Of a stretch of DNA of 64,000 bases, positions 1 through 11,431 are shown in pieces. Origin of the DNA: a bacterium (lineage in GTDB: Bacteria > Patescibacteriota > Microgenomatia > Levybacterales > UBA12049); NCBI GenBank assembly GCA_021813145.1, contig JAKALS010000004.1, positions 8,594 to 72,593 on the forward strand. The letters run 5' to 3'. Both the position numbers and the translations under genes were made by a program. How positions within the stretch are numbered: the first letter of the stretch is position 1; every line of letters starts with the position of its first letter. Under the pieces are notes generated by a model. The model saw only the letters and a program-made list of their open reading frames with translations, did no database searches and had not been told where the DNA came from.

Positions 1-1259
1 ATATTCCAAACGTTTCCGAGGAAGATTTGGCAAACCTTGACGAAGACGGAATAGTGGTCGTAGGAAGCTCGGTCGGACCGGGAGACATAATTGTAGGGAA
101 AATTGCACCAAAAGGCGAAACGGAATTGACGGCAGAAGAAAGACTTTTGAGGGCAATATTCGGAGAACAGGCAAGAGAAGTGAGGGATACCTCGCTTAGA
201 ATGCCCCACGGAGAAAGAGGAACCGTTATAAGCGTGCAGATATTGGACAGGAAAAAAGGAGATGAGTTGGAGCCGGGAACAATTAGAAAAATTCTTGTCG
301 AAGTAGCGCAGTTCAGACACGTTGTAATAGGAGACAAACTTGCCGGAAGACACGGAAATAAAGGCGTAATCTCGAGGATTCTTCCCGAAGTAGACATGCC
401 TCATCTTGCGGACGGGACACCCGTAGACATTATAATTTCGCCTATTTCGGTGCTTGCACGTATGAATTTGGGACAGCTTTTGGAAGCCCATTTGGGCTGG
501 GCCGAGAGGGATCTAAAATCAAAAGTCGGAGTTCCTGTTTTTGAAGAGGTAGACGAAGAAAGAATTGTGGGAGAGCTCAAAAAAGCCGGCCTTCCCGTCA
601 ACGGAAAAGCGGTTCTTTACGACGGAAGAACAGGAGAGCCTTATGAGAATCCTGCAGTTGTAGGAATAGAATATGTAATGAAGCTTATTCACATGGTAGA
701 AGACAAGACCCATGCACGCTCGACGGGGCCATATTCTTTGGTAACCCAGCAGCCATTGGGAGGAAAAGCCCAAATGGGAGGACAGAGACTTGGAGAAATG
801 GAAGTCTGGGCATTGGAATCTCACAGAGCAAGGTATACATTGCAGGAAATGCTTACGATTAAGTCCGACGACGTTGTGGGAAGGGCAAAAGCATTTGAAG
901 CAATTGTTAAAGGAACAGATATTCCTACACCCAAAGTTCCGGAATCATTCAAGGTCCTTATAAAAGAGCTTCAGGCTTTGGGGTTGAATGTTGTGCCTAT
1001 GGGAGCTACAATATCGGATAAACCCTTGGATATTCCTACAAACGAAACTCCGGCGGAAGAAAATGCAGAGGAAAAAGTTGAAGATCAGGCCAAAGAACTT
1101 CAGGACGAGTTGGGTGGCGGAGAAGAAGGCGTAACTCCAGGCGAAGAAGGAATGGAGCTTTCGGGAGAAGAAACTCCCCAGGATGTACAGACTTCGGAAA
1201 CGGTAGGAGAAGCGTCGGAGGAAACTGCAGAAGAAAGCAAGGAGGAAATAAATGAATAA
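1..1259 (+). CDS. rpoB: RNA polymerase beta subunit, 3' part (starts before the window; frame open from base 3)
   Basis: [54 protein letters not shown]; acidic C-terminal tail. Confidence 0.99.
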   Translation, partial: IPNVSEEDLANLDEDGIVVVGSSVGPGDIIVGKIAPKGETELTAEERLLRAIFGEQAREVRDTSLRMPHGERGTVISVQILDRKKGDELEPGTIRKILVEVAQFRHVVIGDKLAGRHGNKGVISRILPEVDMPHLADGTPVDIIISPISVLARMNLGQLLEAHLGWAERDLKSKVGVPVFEEVDEERIVGELKKAGLPVNGKAVLYDGRTGEPYENPAVVGIEYVMKLIHMVEDKTHARSTGPYSLVTQQPLGGKAQMGGQRLGEMEVWALESHRARYTLQEMLTIKSDDVVGRAKAFEAIVKGTDIPTPKVPESFKVLIKELQALGLNVVPMGATISDKPLDIPTNETPAEENAEEKVEDQAKELQDELGGGEEGVTPGEEGMELSGEETPQDVQTSETVGEASEETAEESKEEINE

Positions 1260-4200
1260 CGACAATTCTAAAAAAATGAAAGATTTAACAGTATTGGACT
1301 TTAAGGCTTTAAAGATTTTATTGGCCGGAAAAGAAGATATTCTTTCCTGGTCATACGGAGAGGTAACAAAACCGGAAACAATAAACTACAGAACTTTAAG
1401 GCCCGAAAAAGACGGACTTTTTGACGAAAGAATTTTCGGTCCCACAAAAGACTGGGAATGCTATTGCGGAAAATATAAGAGAATAAGAAACCGCGGGATA
1501 ATCTGCGATAAATGCGGAGTCGAGGTTACTTTATCGAGAGTGAGGAGAGAAAGAATGGGCCATATTACAATAGCAGCACCCGTTGCCCACGTGTGGTTCT
1601 TTAAGGGATCTTCTTCGCCCTTGTCTCTTATTCTGGATATGTCTCAGAAAAACCTTGAAAGCGTTATCTATTACGCTTCTTATCTTGTTGTAGGCATAGA
1701 CGAAGAAAAGAAAAAAGAAGCTCTTGCCACTCTTAATAAAACAATAGAGGCTAGAAAAGTCGAACAGAAAAAAGAAATGGAAGAGGAAGAAAAGAAAATC
1801 GAAGCCGAAATGGCAGACAAGAAAAAAGACAGCAAAGACATAAAAGTAAAAGGTGAACAAAAGACATTAATAGCGGAAGAGTTAGAGCTTCAGAAGAGAC
1901 AAAAAATAGCAAGACTTAAAGAAAGATTCGATACCGAAAATAAGAAACTCGAGGAAATTTCCGAAGCGCTTTCAAGGCTTCTTAAAAGCCTTAAGGTCGG
2001 AAGCGTACTTTCCGAAGACGAATATTACAAGATTCTGGAATACGATATTCCTGTTTTCTTCACAATTAAAACCGGCGCGGAAGGATTAATGGAGCTTGTA
2101 AACAAAATCGACCTTGCAGCTTTAATCATGTCTTTGAGGGAAGAGGCCGAGAAATCAAAAGGACAGAAATACTTAAAGGTAATAAAAAGACTAAGACTCA
2201 TCGAGGATATGAGAAAAGCGGGAGTTTCTCCTTCCAACATGGTATTTACGGTACTTCCCGTTATCCCTCCGGATTTAAGGCCTATGGTACAGCTGGCCGG
2301 CGGAAGATTCGCAACCTCGGACCTTAACGATTTATACAGAAGAGTAATAAACAGGAATAACAGACTGAAACACTTAATAGGACTCGGAGCTCCCGAGATA
2401 ATTTTAAGAAACGAAAAGAGAATGCTTCAGGAATCGGTCGATTCTTTAATAGACGCGTCTCAGAGAAGCGGACAGTTTGTTGCTTCGCCTTTGAGGTCTT
2501 TGTCTGACATGCTAAGGGGAAAACAGGGAAGATTCAGACAAAACCTTTTGGGTAAAAGGGTAGATTATTCCGGACGTTCCGTAATCGTCGTCGGACCCCA
2601 GCTTAATATTTCCCAGTGCGGACTTCCGAAAGAAATGGCTTTGGAAATGTTTAAACCCTTCGTACTTAGGGAAGTAATACTCAGAGGTTTTGCTCCTAAC
2701 ATCAAATCCGCTAAAAGATTTATAGAAAAAAGACCTCCCGAAGTGTTCGATATCTTGGAGGAAATAACAATGAATCATCCTGTCCTTTTAAACCGCGCGC
2801 CTACGCTTCATAAACTTGGAATCCAGGCATTCTATCCGATATTGACAGAGGGTTCGGCAATCTCTTTGCATCCTTGCGTTTGCGCAGGATACAATGCGGA
2901 CTTTGACGGAGACCAGATGGCAGTACATATTCCGCTTTCTCAAAAAGCACAGCAGGAAGCGATAGACCTTATGATGCCAAAAAACAATCTATTAAAACCC
3001 GCGGACGGAAGTCCGATTACTCTTCCCAACAAAGAAATGGCCGTCGGAGTTTTCTATCTTACTTCAATGGACGAGGCATTAAGAAAAGAGGAGATTCCTA
3101 TGTTTTCGGGTTATCATGAAGCTCTTTTGGCAAATTCGTTTAAAAAGGTATCCTTAAGGGAACCTATCAGCGTAAAAGTGGACGGAAAACTCGTAGAAAC
3201 AACCCTTGGAAGACTTATGTTCAACGAAAGACTTCCAAAGGCGTTAGGTTTTATAAACGAACCTATAAAAGCTTCGGGAATTAAAAGACTGGTTACAAGA
3301 GCTATTTCTCTTGTAAGTTCGGAAGAAGTAGCAAACCTTATAGACAGTATAAAAGCATTAGGATTCTACGGTTCCACGATTTCGGGAATTTCGGTTTCGG
3401 TATTCGATAATACAATGGTTTCGGAGAAAGGAAAGTTGATAAAAGAAGCTGAAGAGAAAGTCTCAGGAGTTGAAAATGACTATCAGGAAGGGCTTATTAC
3501 AAATGATGAGAAAAAGAGGCTTTCGAATGAAATCTGGCTCGAGACTACGGATAAACTTGCAAATCTTACATGGAATAATTTAAGCAAGGAGAATGTAATA
3601 AGGGTAATCATAGATTCCGAAGGAGCAAGGGCAGGAAAAGAACAGCTAAAGCAGCTTTCCGCCATGAGAGGACTAATTCTGGATCCTTTGGGAAAAATTG
3701 TCGAGCTTCCGATTAAATCGAACTTCAGACAGGGACTTTCAATTTTTGAATACGTGGCTTCGGCAAGAGGTTCGAGAAAAGGTCTTACGGATTCGGCATT
3801 AAAGACCGCAAATGCAGGATATCTGACCAGAAGACTCGTCGACGTTTCGCACGACGTAATAATAAGAGATGAAGATTGCGGAACTACGGAAGGAATAGTG
3901 ATAAAGGCAAACGAGGCCGACAGGACAGCCGCTTTCGGGGACAGAATTTTGGGAAGGTTTGCCGCTACGCACATTGTTTCGAAGAAAAATAAGAAAGAAC
4001 TGGTAAAAGCGGGCGAAGAAATAACGGAGGATAAGGTAAAAGAAATTCTTGACAATGAAATAGACGAAGTAGTCGTAAGAAGCCCGATTACCTGCAAACT
4101 TGAATACGGAATTTGCGTAAAATGCTACGGCTGGGATTTCTCAAACAGAAGAAAAGTAGACCTCGGAGTTCCGGTCGGAGTAGTAGCCGCACAGTCCATC

Positions 4201-4971
4201 GGAGAGCCGGGAACACAGCTTACGATGAGGGTAAGACATTTCGGAGGAGTCGTAATGAGCGACGTTACTCAAGGTCTTCCGAGGGTAGAGGAACTCTTTG
4301 AAATGAGAACTCCCAAAAACCTTTCGCCTATAACCGATATTGCAGGAAAAGTAAGCATAGAAACAACAGAAGACGGATATATAGTAAGAGTAAAGAATTC
4401 GAGAGTCAAACCAAACGAAGAAAGAGAATATTTTGTTCCCTTGGCATCGACACTAACAGTTTCTGACGGAGACGAAGTCGGGGTCGGAACACAGCTTGCA
4501 CAAGGATATTTGGATCCGAAGGAAATACTTAAAGTAAAAGACCTTTTGGATGCACAAAGATACATCATAAACGAAGCACAGAAAGTTTATGAATCACAGG
4601 GAATAGTAATAAACGACAAGCATTTTGAAGTAATTCTTAGAAAAATGTCCGATAAGGTAATAATAGAAACAGTCGGAGACACGGCTCTTATTCCGGGAGA
4701 CTTCATAACAAAGACAAGATTCGACGAGATAAATGCAGAAGTGTTATCCCAGGGCGGAGAACCTGCAACGGCAAGACAGGTAATACTGGGAATTACAAAG
4801 TCATCTCTCTTCTCAGATTCATGGCTTTCGGCTTCCTCGTTCCAGGAGACCACTAAAGTTCTTACGGAAGCTGCTTTGGAAGGGGCGGAAGACAAGCTTG
4901 TCGGACTTAAGGAAAACGTAATAATCGGAAGACTCATTCCGGTTGATAGCAAGGAAGCAGTTGAAGTATAA
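1252..4971 (+). CDS. rpoC: RNA polymerase beta' subunit
   Basis: NADFDGD catalytic motif, CYCGKYK zinc finger, [24 protein letters not shown]. Confidence 0.99.
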   Translation: MNNDNSKKMKDLTVLDFKALKILLAGKEDILSWSYGEVTKPETINYRTLRPEKDGLFDERIFGPTKDWECYCGKYKRIRNRGIICDKCGVEVTLSRVRRERMGHITIAAPVAHVWFFKGSSSPLSLILDMSQKNLESVIYYASYLVVGIDEEKKKEALATLNKTIEARKVEQKKEMEEEEKKIEAEMADKKKDSKDIKVKGEQKTLIAEELELQKRQKIARLKERFDTENKKLEEISEALSRLLKSLKVGSVLSEDEYYKILEYDIPVFFTIKTGAEGLMELVNKIDLAALIMSLREEAEKSKGQKYLKVIKRLRLIEDMRKAGVSPSNMVFTVLPVIPPDLRPMVQLAGGRFATSDLNDLYRRVINRNNRLKHLIGLGAPEIILRNEKRMLQESVDSLIDASQRSGQFVASPLRSLSDMLRGKQGRFRQNLLGKRVDYSGRSVIVVGPQLNISQCGLPKEMALEMFKPFVLREVILRGFAPNIKSAKRFIEKRPPEVFDILEEITMNHPVLLNRAPTLHKLGIQAFYPILTEGSAISLHPCVCAGYNADFDGDQMAVHIPLSQKAQQEAIDLMMPKNNLLKPADGSPITLPNKEMAVGVFYLTSMDEALRKEEIPMFSGYHEALLANSFKKVSLREPISVKVDGKLVETTLGRLMFNERLPKALGFINEPIKASGIKRLVTRAISLVSSEEVANLIDSIKALGFYGSTISGISVSVFDNTMVSEKGKLIKEAEEKVSGVENDYQEGLITNDEKKRLSNEIWLETTDKLANLTWNNLSKENVIRVIIDSEGARAGKEQLKQLSAMRGLILDPLGKIVELPIKSNFRQGLSIFEYVASARGSRKGLTDSALKTANAGYLTRRLVDVSHDVIIRDEDCGTTEGIVIKANEADRTAAFGDRILGRFAATHIVSKKNKKELVKAGEEITEDKVKEILDNEIDEVVVRSPITCKLEYGICVKCYGWDFSNRRKVDLGVPVGVVAAQSIGEPGTQLTMRVRHFGGVVMSDVTQGLPRVEELFEMRTPKNLSPITDIAGKVSIETTEDGYIVRVKNSRVKPNEEREYFVPLASTLTVSDGDEVGVGTQLAQGYLDPKEILKVKDLLDAQRYIINEAQKVYESQGIVINDKHFEVILRKMSDKVIIETVGDTALIPGDFITKTRFDEINAEVLSQGGEPATARQVILGITKSSLFSDSWLSASSFQETTKVLTEAALEGAEDKLVGLKENVIIGRLIPVDSKEAVEV

Positions 4972-4975
4972 TATC

Positions 4976-5026
4976 AACTCAGAATTCCGAATTTAGAATT
5001 CATAATTAAAATTCTAAACTCTGAAA
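4976..5026. repeat. 7-nt-period degenerate array with inverted copy (hairpin)
   Basis: AACTCAG AATTCCG AATTTAG AATTCAT AATTAAA followed by the partly complementary AATTCTAAACTCTGAA. Confidence 0.7.
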
Positions 5027-5048
5027 TATAAATTATAAATTTAATATA

Positions 5049-5528
5049 ATGCCTACATTATCACAGTTAGCTAAAAAAGGAAGAAACAGAAAAACAAAAA
5101 AGATAAGGTCAACAGGCCTTAGGCGTTTGTTTAATGCAAAAGACAGGGTATATACCGCTGTTCCGGCTCCCCAGAAAAGAGGAGTTGTGACCTTGGTTAA
5201 AACAATGACTCCCAAAAAACCTAATTCGGCTCTTCGAAAAGTCGCAAGAGTAAAGCTTTCAAACAAAACGGAGGTTACAGCATATATACAGGGAGTAGGA
5301 CATTCACTTTCAGAGCACGGAATAGTACTGGTAAGAGGCGGAAGGGTAAAGGACTTGCCCGGAGTTAAATACCACATAGTAAGAGGGAAATTTGATTTGC
5401 AGGGAGTCGAAGGAAGAAAAAGATCAAGAAGTAAATACGGAACAAAGAAAGGCGGAGGCGGGGGGCCTAAGGTAATTTCAGGCTCTGCTCCGTCGGCACC
5501 GGCACCGGCAGCAGCGCCAAGCGCGTAG
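5049..5528 (+). CDS. rpsL: 30S ribosomal protein uS12 with Gly/Ala/Pro C-terminal extension
   Basis: [20 protein letters not shown]. Confidence 0.99.
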   Translation: MPTLSQLAKKGRNRKTKKIRSTGLRRLFNAKDRVYTAVPAPQKRGVVTLVKTMTPKKPNSALRKVARVKLSNKTEVTAYIQGVGHSLSEHGIVLVRGGRVKDLPGVKYHIVRGKFDLQGVEGRKRSRSKYGTKKGGGGGPKVISGSAPSAPAPAAAPSA

Positions 5529-5546
5529 ATTAATGATTATTGAAAA

Positions 5547-6020
5547 ATGAGACATAAGAAAGTACAAAAAAGAAAAATTGAAAGCGATAAAGTTTACAAC
5601 AGCCAGCTTGTCGCAAAGTTTATTAATAACATAATGAAAGATGGTAAAAAAAGCGCGGCGGAAGCAGCTTTTTACGGTGCTTTCAAAGTCCTCGAGGGTC
5701 AGAATAAGAATGCAATGGAAATATTCGAAAAGGCAATCTCAAATGTCGGACCTAGAACCGAGGTAAAAGCAAGAAGAGTCGGAGGAGCTTCCTATCAGGT
5801 TCCGCAGGAAGTAAGAGGAGAACGAAAAACATCTTTGGCAATAAGATGGATAATAGAAGCTGCAAGGGCAAGGTCGAATAAAGACTTCAGGACGTTTGCG
5901 GATAAGCTCGCGGCAGAATTTACGGATGCTTCAAACAACGAAGGTGCGGCAATAAAGAAAAGAGACACGGTCTTAAGAATGGCAGAAGCAAACAGGGCAT
6001 TTAGTCACTTTAGATTTTAA
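5547..6020 (+). CDS. rpsG: 30S ribosomal protein uS7
   Basis: RRVGGASYQVP, MAEANRAFSHFR. Confidence 0.99.
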   Translation: MRHKKVQKRKIESDKVYNSQLVAKFINNIMKDGKKSAAEAAFYGAFKVLEGQNKNAMEIFEKAISNVGPRTEVKARRVGGASYQVPQEVRGERKTSLAIRWIIEAARARSNKDFRTFADKLAAEFTDASNNEGAAIKKRDTVLRMAEANRAFSHFRF

Positions 6021-6049
6021 ATTTACTTCAGATAGTATATAATTGAATA

Positions 6050-6073
6050 GCTTCCGAGGGCGGGAGTTTTTTT
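6050..6073 (+). terminator. Terminator-like hairpin just downstream of TATAAT (6038-6043), before fusA
   Basis: GCTTCCG-AGGG-CGGGAGT plus T run. Confidence 0.55.
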
Positions 6074-6092
6074 AAGGCTAAGGTTCAAAAAT

Positions 6093-8204
6093 ATGGCAGA
6101 ACAAACACAAGACAGGTTAAAAAGTTTAGATAAAGTAAGAAACATAGGGATTATTGCCCATATAGACGCCGGCAAGACAACAACTACAGAGCGTATTCTT
6201 TTTTATACCGGAAAAACCTACAAAATAGGAGATATTGACGAAGGAAACACTCAGATGGACTGGATGGAACAAGAAAGAGAAAGAGGAATTACAATCGTTT
6301 CCGCCGCAACTACGGCTTTTTGGAAAGATTACAGAATAAATATTATAGATACTCCCGGACATGTAGATTTTACCGCAGAAGTTGAAAGGTCGTTAAGGGT
6401 TTTAGACGGGGGAATAACTGTTTTGGACGCGGAAGAAGGAGTGCAATCGCAGTCAGAAACAGTCTGGAGACAGGCAGATAAATATAAAGTTCCTAGGCTT
6501 TGTTTTGTAAACAAAATGGATAAATTAGGAGCGGATTTTCTCGCAACTGTTAAATCCATAGAAGACAGACTCGGGGCAAATCCCCTTATAATGGTTCTTC
6601 CCATCGGTTCGGAATCTTCCTATAAAGGGATAGTTCATTTATTGGAAATGAAATCTTATATCTGGGGCTCGGACGAGTTGGGTGCAAAATTTGAGGTTTC
6701 GGATGAAATACCCGAAGACATGAAGGCCCAGGTGGAAGAATACAGGCATAAACTTATTGAAAAAATAGCGGAAACCGACGACGTTTTAATAGAAAAATAT
6801 TTAAACGGAGAAGAAATTTCAAACGACGAATTAAAAGCGGCTTTAAGGCGTGCGGTAATCGCTTATAAACTTGTCCCGATTTTTGCAGGATCATCTCTTA
6901 GAAACAAAGGTGTTCAGCCCCTTTTGGATGCGGTAGTAGATTATCTTCCTTCGCCTTTGGATGTGGGAGCAGTAACCGGAACAAATCCAAAGACAAACGG
7001 AGAAGAAAAAAGAGAGCCTAAAGAAGCAGATCCCATGGCAGGACTTGCTTTTAAAATACAGATAGACCCGCATGTTGGAAAACTCACATACTTTAGGGTC
7101 TATTCCGGAAAAATCCAGGCGGGTTCCTATATTTATAACTCCAATAAAAACAACACGGAAAGAGTCGGAAGGATTCTTTTGATGCATGCAAACCACAGGG
7201 AAGAAATAAAAGAAGCTTATGCGGGAGAGATTGTAGCTTTGGTCGGACTTAAGGATACAATAACAGGGGACACGCTTTGCGATGAAAATGCACCCATAAT
7301 TTTGGAGCAGATCTCTTTTCCCGAACCCGTTATTTCTTTGGCAATAGAACCAAAAACAAAAGCGGACCAGGAAAAACTGGGGTTTGCTCTTAAAAGGCTT
7401 TCCGAAGAAGATCCGACATTTTCTATAAAAACAAACCACGAAACAGGACAGACAATTATCTCGGGAATGGGAGAATTACAACTTGAGGTTATGGTAGACA
7501 GGATGAAAAGAGAATTCGGTGTTTTGGCAAATGTCGGAGCTCCCCAGGTAGCTTATAAGGAAACTGTTAAGGGAGAGGGAGAAGGAGAAGGAAAATACAT
7601 AAGACAGTCCGGAGGACATGGACAATACGGACACTGCTGGCTTAGGGTTAAACCCAAGGCAAGAGGTGAAGGATACGAGTTTGTCGATGCTATTAAAGGA
7701 GGAGCAATCCCCGCGGAGTTTGTTGTTTCTATACAAAAAGGAGTCAAGGAGACAATGGAAAACGGAATTCTTTTGGGATACCCGATGGTGGATATGGAAG
7801 TAACGGTTTATGACGGAAGTTTCCACGAAGTAGACTCTTCCGATATGGCATTTAAGATAGCAGCTTCCCAGGCCTTACAGGCAGCGGCCAAAAAAGCAGA
7901 ATTGTCGCTTTTGGAGCCTATTATGAAAGTTGAAGTTACGACTCCTTCGGAGTTTATGGGAGATGTAATAGGAGATTTGTCCGCAAAAAGGGCGCAGATT
8001 ATGGGAACGGAAGAAAGAGGGAAAGCAACTGTTATTTTGGCAATGGTTCCTTTGGCCGAGCTTTCCGGTTATGCAACAACTTTAAGGTCTATGTCGCAAG
8101 GCCGTGCATCTTATTATATGGAACCTTCACATTACGAAGAAGTTCCGCAAAATATAGTAGCCCAAATGCTTGCAAAATCCACATTTACGGGAAGAGTCGA
8201 ATAA
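6093..8204 (+). CDS. fusA: Elongation factor G
   Basis: [31 protein letters not shown]. Confidence 0.99.
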   Translation: MAEQTQDRLKSLDKVRNIGIIAHIDAGKTTTTERILFYTGKTYKIGDIDEGNTQMDWMEQERERGITIVSAATTAFWKDYRINIIDTPGHVDFTAEVERSLRVLDGGITVLDAEEGVQSQSETVWRQADKYKVPRLCFVNKMDKLGADFLATVKSIEDRLGANPLIMVLPIGSESSYKGIVHLLEMKSYIWGSDELGAKFEVSDEIPEDMKAQVEEYRHKLIEKIAETDDVLIEKYLNGEEISNDELKAALRRAVIAYKLVPIFAGSSLRNKGVQPLLDAVVDYLPSPLDVGAVTGTNPKTNGEEKREPKEADPMAGLAFKIQIDPHVGKLTYFRVYSGKIQAGSYIYNSNKNNTERVGRILLMHANHREEIKEAYAGEIVALVGLKDTITGDTLCDENAPIILEQISFPEPVISLAIEPKTKADQEKLGFALKRLSEEDPTFSIKTNHETGQTIISGMGELQLEVMVDRMKREFGVLANVGAPQVAYKETVKGEGEGEGKYIRQSGGHGQYGHCWLRVKPKARGEGYEFVDAIKGGAIPAEFVVSIQKGVKETMENGILLGYPMVDMEVTVYDGSFHEVDSSDMAFKIAASQALQAAAKKAELSLLEPIMKVEVTTPSEFMGDVIGDLSAKRAQIMGTEERGKATVILAMVPLAELSGYATTLRSMSQGRASYYMEPSHYEEVPQNIVAQMLAKSTFTGRVE

Positions 8205-8678
8205 TCAGGCCGCGGAGGGATAATCTCTTTGAATTCTTCTTAATTGATTGTTAAAATTTTTTGTTATATCGTTTCTGCTTCTACTTCCGTCTAAAAGTAT
8301 TAATCTTTGGCTTGCAAGCCATTCTCTTACCGGGACATGGATTCCGGTTTTTGATAGTCTATTTCCAATTTGTTTTATAAACTCACTTACTCCTGTTTGA
8401 CTTGATTTAACCTGTACCCAAACGATGTCCCCTGTTACTAAATGAACGGTTAAATCTCTTCCTCTTATGTCCTCATCGCTGAATTGTTCGTTTCTTATTA
8501 CTTCTTCAACCGTGTCCTGTCCTTGAATAACTGCGGCGGCTCTCATTTCGGATTTTCTTCCCCTTTTTTGGTCTTCGTGATAGCGTTCGAGTTCTTTTAT
8601 TTGTGAAGAAGAGAGTAAGGAGGTATCCCGGTATCCGGGAAAAAAGTTTCCTGGGGCAATTTCTACTGCAATTGCCAT
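8205..8678 (-). CDS. Hypothetical protein, possible PD-(D/E)xK nuclease fold
   Basis: 157-aa ORF filling the gap after fusA; G-x3-E ... D-x2-G-x-D ... VQVKS pattern; TATAAT upstream on the minus strand. Confidence 0.6.
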   Translation of the reverse strand: MAIAVEIAPGNFFPGYRDTSLLSSSQIKELERYHEDQKRGRKSEMRAAAVIQGQDTVEEVIRNEQFSDEDIRGRDLTVHLVTGDIVWVQVKSSQTGVSEFIKQIGNRLSKTGIHVPVREWLASQRLILLDGSRSRNDITKNFNNQLRRIQRDYPSAA

Positions 8679-8745
8679 CTAATTCCATTTTTAATTATAG
8701 AAATTACTTTGTCAATACAGCAAAAACGGGTGATATAATTTAATC

Positions 8746-9345
8746 ATGATGAATGATGCTGTCAGACAAGGGTATAACAAAGTTGCCGATAAATATCTGG
8801 AAGAAAGAGATCAATTTAAAAACGATAAATACCTCAAGAAATTCAATTCTTTACTTTCTCCCGAGTCTTTAATTTTAGATATAGGGTGCGGAGCAGGAAA
8901 ACCGGTGGACAAGTTTTTCATACAGCACGGACATCGAATAATCGGAATAGATATTTCGGAAAAACAAGTGGAACTTGCCAGGCAAAATGTTCCTCAGGGT
9001 TTGTTTAAGGTTGAAGATATGTCAGCCCTTAAACCCGGGGAATATAAAGTAGATGCTGTTATTTCGTTTTATGCAATTTTTCATATCGACAGAGAAACTC
9101 ATTTCGAGTTATTCAAAAAGATTTATTCATTTCTACCGACAGGCGGGTTAATTATGGTTACAATGGGATCAAGTAGCTGGGAAGGAAGCGAAGAAGATTT
9201 TCATGGTGGTAAAATGACTTGGAGCCATTTTGGAAAAGAGAAAAATAGACAAATAGTTGAGGCACAGAGCTTTAAGGTTTTAACAGATGAAATTGATGAA
9301 AACGGAAATGAAAAACATCAAGTAATTATTGCCAAAAAAATATGA
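8746..9345 (+). CDS. Class I SAM-dependent methyltransferase
   Basis: ILDIGCGAG motif I, GIDIS motif. Confidence 0.92.
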   Translation: MMNDAVRQGYNKVADKYLEERDQFKNDKYLKKFNSLLSPESLILDIGCGAGKPVDKFFIQHGHRIIGIDISEKQVELARQNVPQGLFKVEDMSALKPGEYKVDAVISFYAIFHIDRETHFELFKKIYSFLPTGGLIMVTMGSSSWEGSEEDFHGGKMTWSHFGKEKNRQIVEAQSFKVLTDEIDENGNEKHQVIIAKKI

Positions 9346-9872
9346 CAAAGACTAAAACAGGAAAAGAAATAACAATAAGATATCCGAGAAAATCCGATGC
9401 AGAAGAAATGTGGAGGTATATTAACGAACTTTCAAAAGAAAAAACTTTTGTAAGGTTTCAGGGCGAAGAAGTTTCTTTTGAAGACGAATCTAAATATCTG
9501 GAAACGATGCTTAAAAGAATAGAAGAAAAAAAGTCGGTTACACTTATGGCATTTTTCGGAGAAGAAATAATAGGAATTACCGGTATTAACATGATGGAAA
9601 AGACGGAAAAACACATTGGGGTTTTCGGAATTTCGGTTGCAAAAGATTATAGAAATGACGGTGTGGGAAAAATTCTTATGGAAAAAGTAATAGAAGAAGC
9701 AAAGAAAAACATAGAGGAATTAAAGATTATAATACTTGAGGTCTATGCCAAAAACTCCATTGCAAAAAGGGTGTACGAAGGGTTCGGCTTTAAGCAGTAT
9801 GGTCTTTTGCCGGAAGGAATAATAAGAGACGAGGGTTTTGATGACGCCCTTTTTATGTACAAAAAAATATGA
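9342..9872 (+). CDS. GNAT family N-acetyltransferase
   Basis: ISVAKDYRNDGVGK acetyl-CoA motif A; N-x2-A-x3-Y-x3-GF. Confidence 0.92.
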   Translation: MTKTKTGKEITIRYPRKSDAEEMWRYINELSKEKTFVRFQGEEVSFEDESKYLETMLKRIEEKKSVTLMAFFGEEIIGITGINMMEKTEKHIGVFGISVAKDYRNDGVGKILMEKVIEEAKKNIEELKIIILEVYAKNSIAKRVYEGFGFKQYGLLPEGIIRDEGFDDALFMYKKI

Positions 9873-10288
9873 ACGATAAAAATGTAAAAGTTGGAGTGGG
9901 AGTGATGGTTTTAAAAGACGGAAAAGTACTTCTTGGAAAAAGAAAAGGTTCTCACGGAGAAGGAGAATACGCATTTCCCGGTGGACATATGGAATTCGGA
10001 GAATCTTTTGAGGATTGCGCAAAAAGGGAAACTTTTGAAGAAACAGGAATAAAAATAAAAAATGTCAGATTTATTCTTTTATCGAATATAAAAATCTGGG
10101 AAGGTAAACATTATATTCACATAGGTTTATTGGCAGATTGGGAAAGCGGGGAACCGGAAGTTAAGGAAATAAATAAAGCGGAGAATTGGGATTGGTACGA
10201 GCTGGATAAATTGCCAAGCCCTTTATTTCTTCCGGTTATCCAGGAAATAGAAGCATATAAGGAAGGTAAAAATTTTATAGACTCATGA
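9869..10288 (+). CDS. Nudix hydrolase (MutT/NUDT15-like)
   Basis: PGGHMEFGESFEDCAKRETFEETG Nudix box. Confidence 0.95.
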   Translation: MNDKNVKVGVGVMVLKDGKVLLGKRKGSHGEGEYAFPGGHMEFGESFEDCAKRETFEETGIKIKNVRFILLSNIKIWEGKHYIHIGLLADWESGEPEVKEINKAENWDWYELDKLPSPLFLPVIQEIEAYKEGKNFIDS

Positions 10289-10911
10289 GTAATAATTTTT
10301 GCACCATTTATTTGGTAAGACACGGACTTTCGGGAGCAAATGTAGCAAGAACAGTCGGAGGAAATACGGGTCTTGTTGAGAAAGGAAAAGAGCAAGCCAT
10401 GGAGTTGGGAAAGAAATTAAAAGATATAGATTTTGCCGCGGTTTTTTCTTCCGATTTGTTAAGAGCTAGACAGACAGCAGAGCTAATTATTGAAGGAAGA
10501 AATTTGGAAGTTTCAACACACAAGGAATTAAGGGAAAGAAGTTTTGGAAGCATAGATAACAAAAACGATAAAGAATTCATTCACCTTTTTCAAGCTTTAA
10601 AAGATGTATCGGATGATGAGTATTGGAAGTGGAAAATAGTAGATGATATGGAAAGCGCACAGGAAGCTTTCGGAAGATTTTTTAATGCTTTAAAGAAAAT
10701 CTCAAAAAAATATTTAGGTAAAGAAATTTTGATAGTAAGTCATGGAACGGTAATGCGTTCTTTACTGGTTTATCTGGGTTATGGAAGTTTTAAAGAACTT
10801 CCTACAAATTCTCTACAAAACACGGGTTATATAAAATTAAAAAGTGATGGCGAAAATTTCATAATTGAAGATACATGGGGTGTTAATAAAATGAAAGGAT
10901 TATCATTGTAG
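10285..10911 (+). CDS. Histidine phosphatase (phosphoglycerate mutase family)
   Basis: LVRHG, SSDLLRARQTA, LRERSFG, IVSHG. Confidence 0.93.
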   Translation: MSNNFCTIYLVRHGLSGANVARTVGGNTGLVEKGKEQAMELGKKLKDIDFAAVFSSDLLRARQTAELIIEGRNLEVSTHKELRERSFGSIDNKNDKEFIHLFQALKDVSDDEYWKWKIVDDMESAQEAFGRFFNALKKISKKYLGKEILIVSHGTVMRSLLVYLGYGSFKELPTNSLQNTGYIKLKSDGENFIIEDTWGVNKMKGLSL

Positions 10912-10912
10912 G

Positions 10913-11431
10913 ATGGAGCCTAAAGAATTTTATAAATTTTGTCCAAAGTGCGGAGGGGATTTGATTCCCGGAGAAGAACAGCTTCTTATTTGCGGTAAGT
11001 GTTCTTTCCGCTTTTACATTAATCCTTTGCCTTGCAATGCGGCGATCTTGGAAAACGAAAAGGGCGAAATACTTCTTGTAAAAAGAAAATACGACCCGAT
11101 GAAAGGATACTGGGATTGGCCGGGAGGTTTTATAGACCCGGGGGAAAGCCTTGAAGATTCGGTAAAAAGAGAAATAAAAGAAGAGCTAAATGTAGATATT
11201 AAAGTTATGGGGATTATCGGAGTTTATAACGACAGATATCTTTATCAAGATATTTTGCATTACTCTTTATGCGCTGCGGTATCGGCGAAAATAACTGCGG
11301 GACAATTAAAAGCCAACGATGACATAGATGGATTTGAATTTTTTAACAAAGACAAAATACTTAAACTGGATTTTGCATTTCCCTCGATTAAAAAAGGAAT
11401 AGAAGATTACTTTAAAAAGAGAAAAGTTTAG
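10913..11431 (+). CDS. Nudix hydrolase with N-terminal zinc ribbon
   Basis: FCPKCG...CGKC; PGGFIDPGESLEDSVKREIKEEL. Confidence 0.93.
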   Translation: MEPKEFYKFCPKCGGDLIPGEEQLLICGKCSFRFYINPLPCNAAILENEKGEILLVKRKYDPMKGYWDWPGGFIDPGESLEDSVKREIKEELNVDIKVMGIIGVYNDRYLYQDILHYSLCAAVSAKITAGQLKANDDIDGFEFFNKDKILKLDFAFPSIKKGIEDYFKKRKV

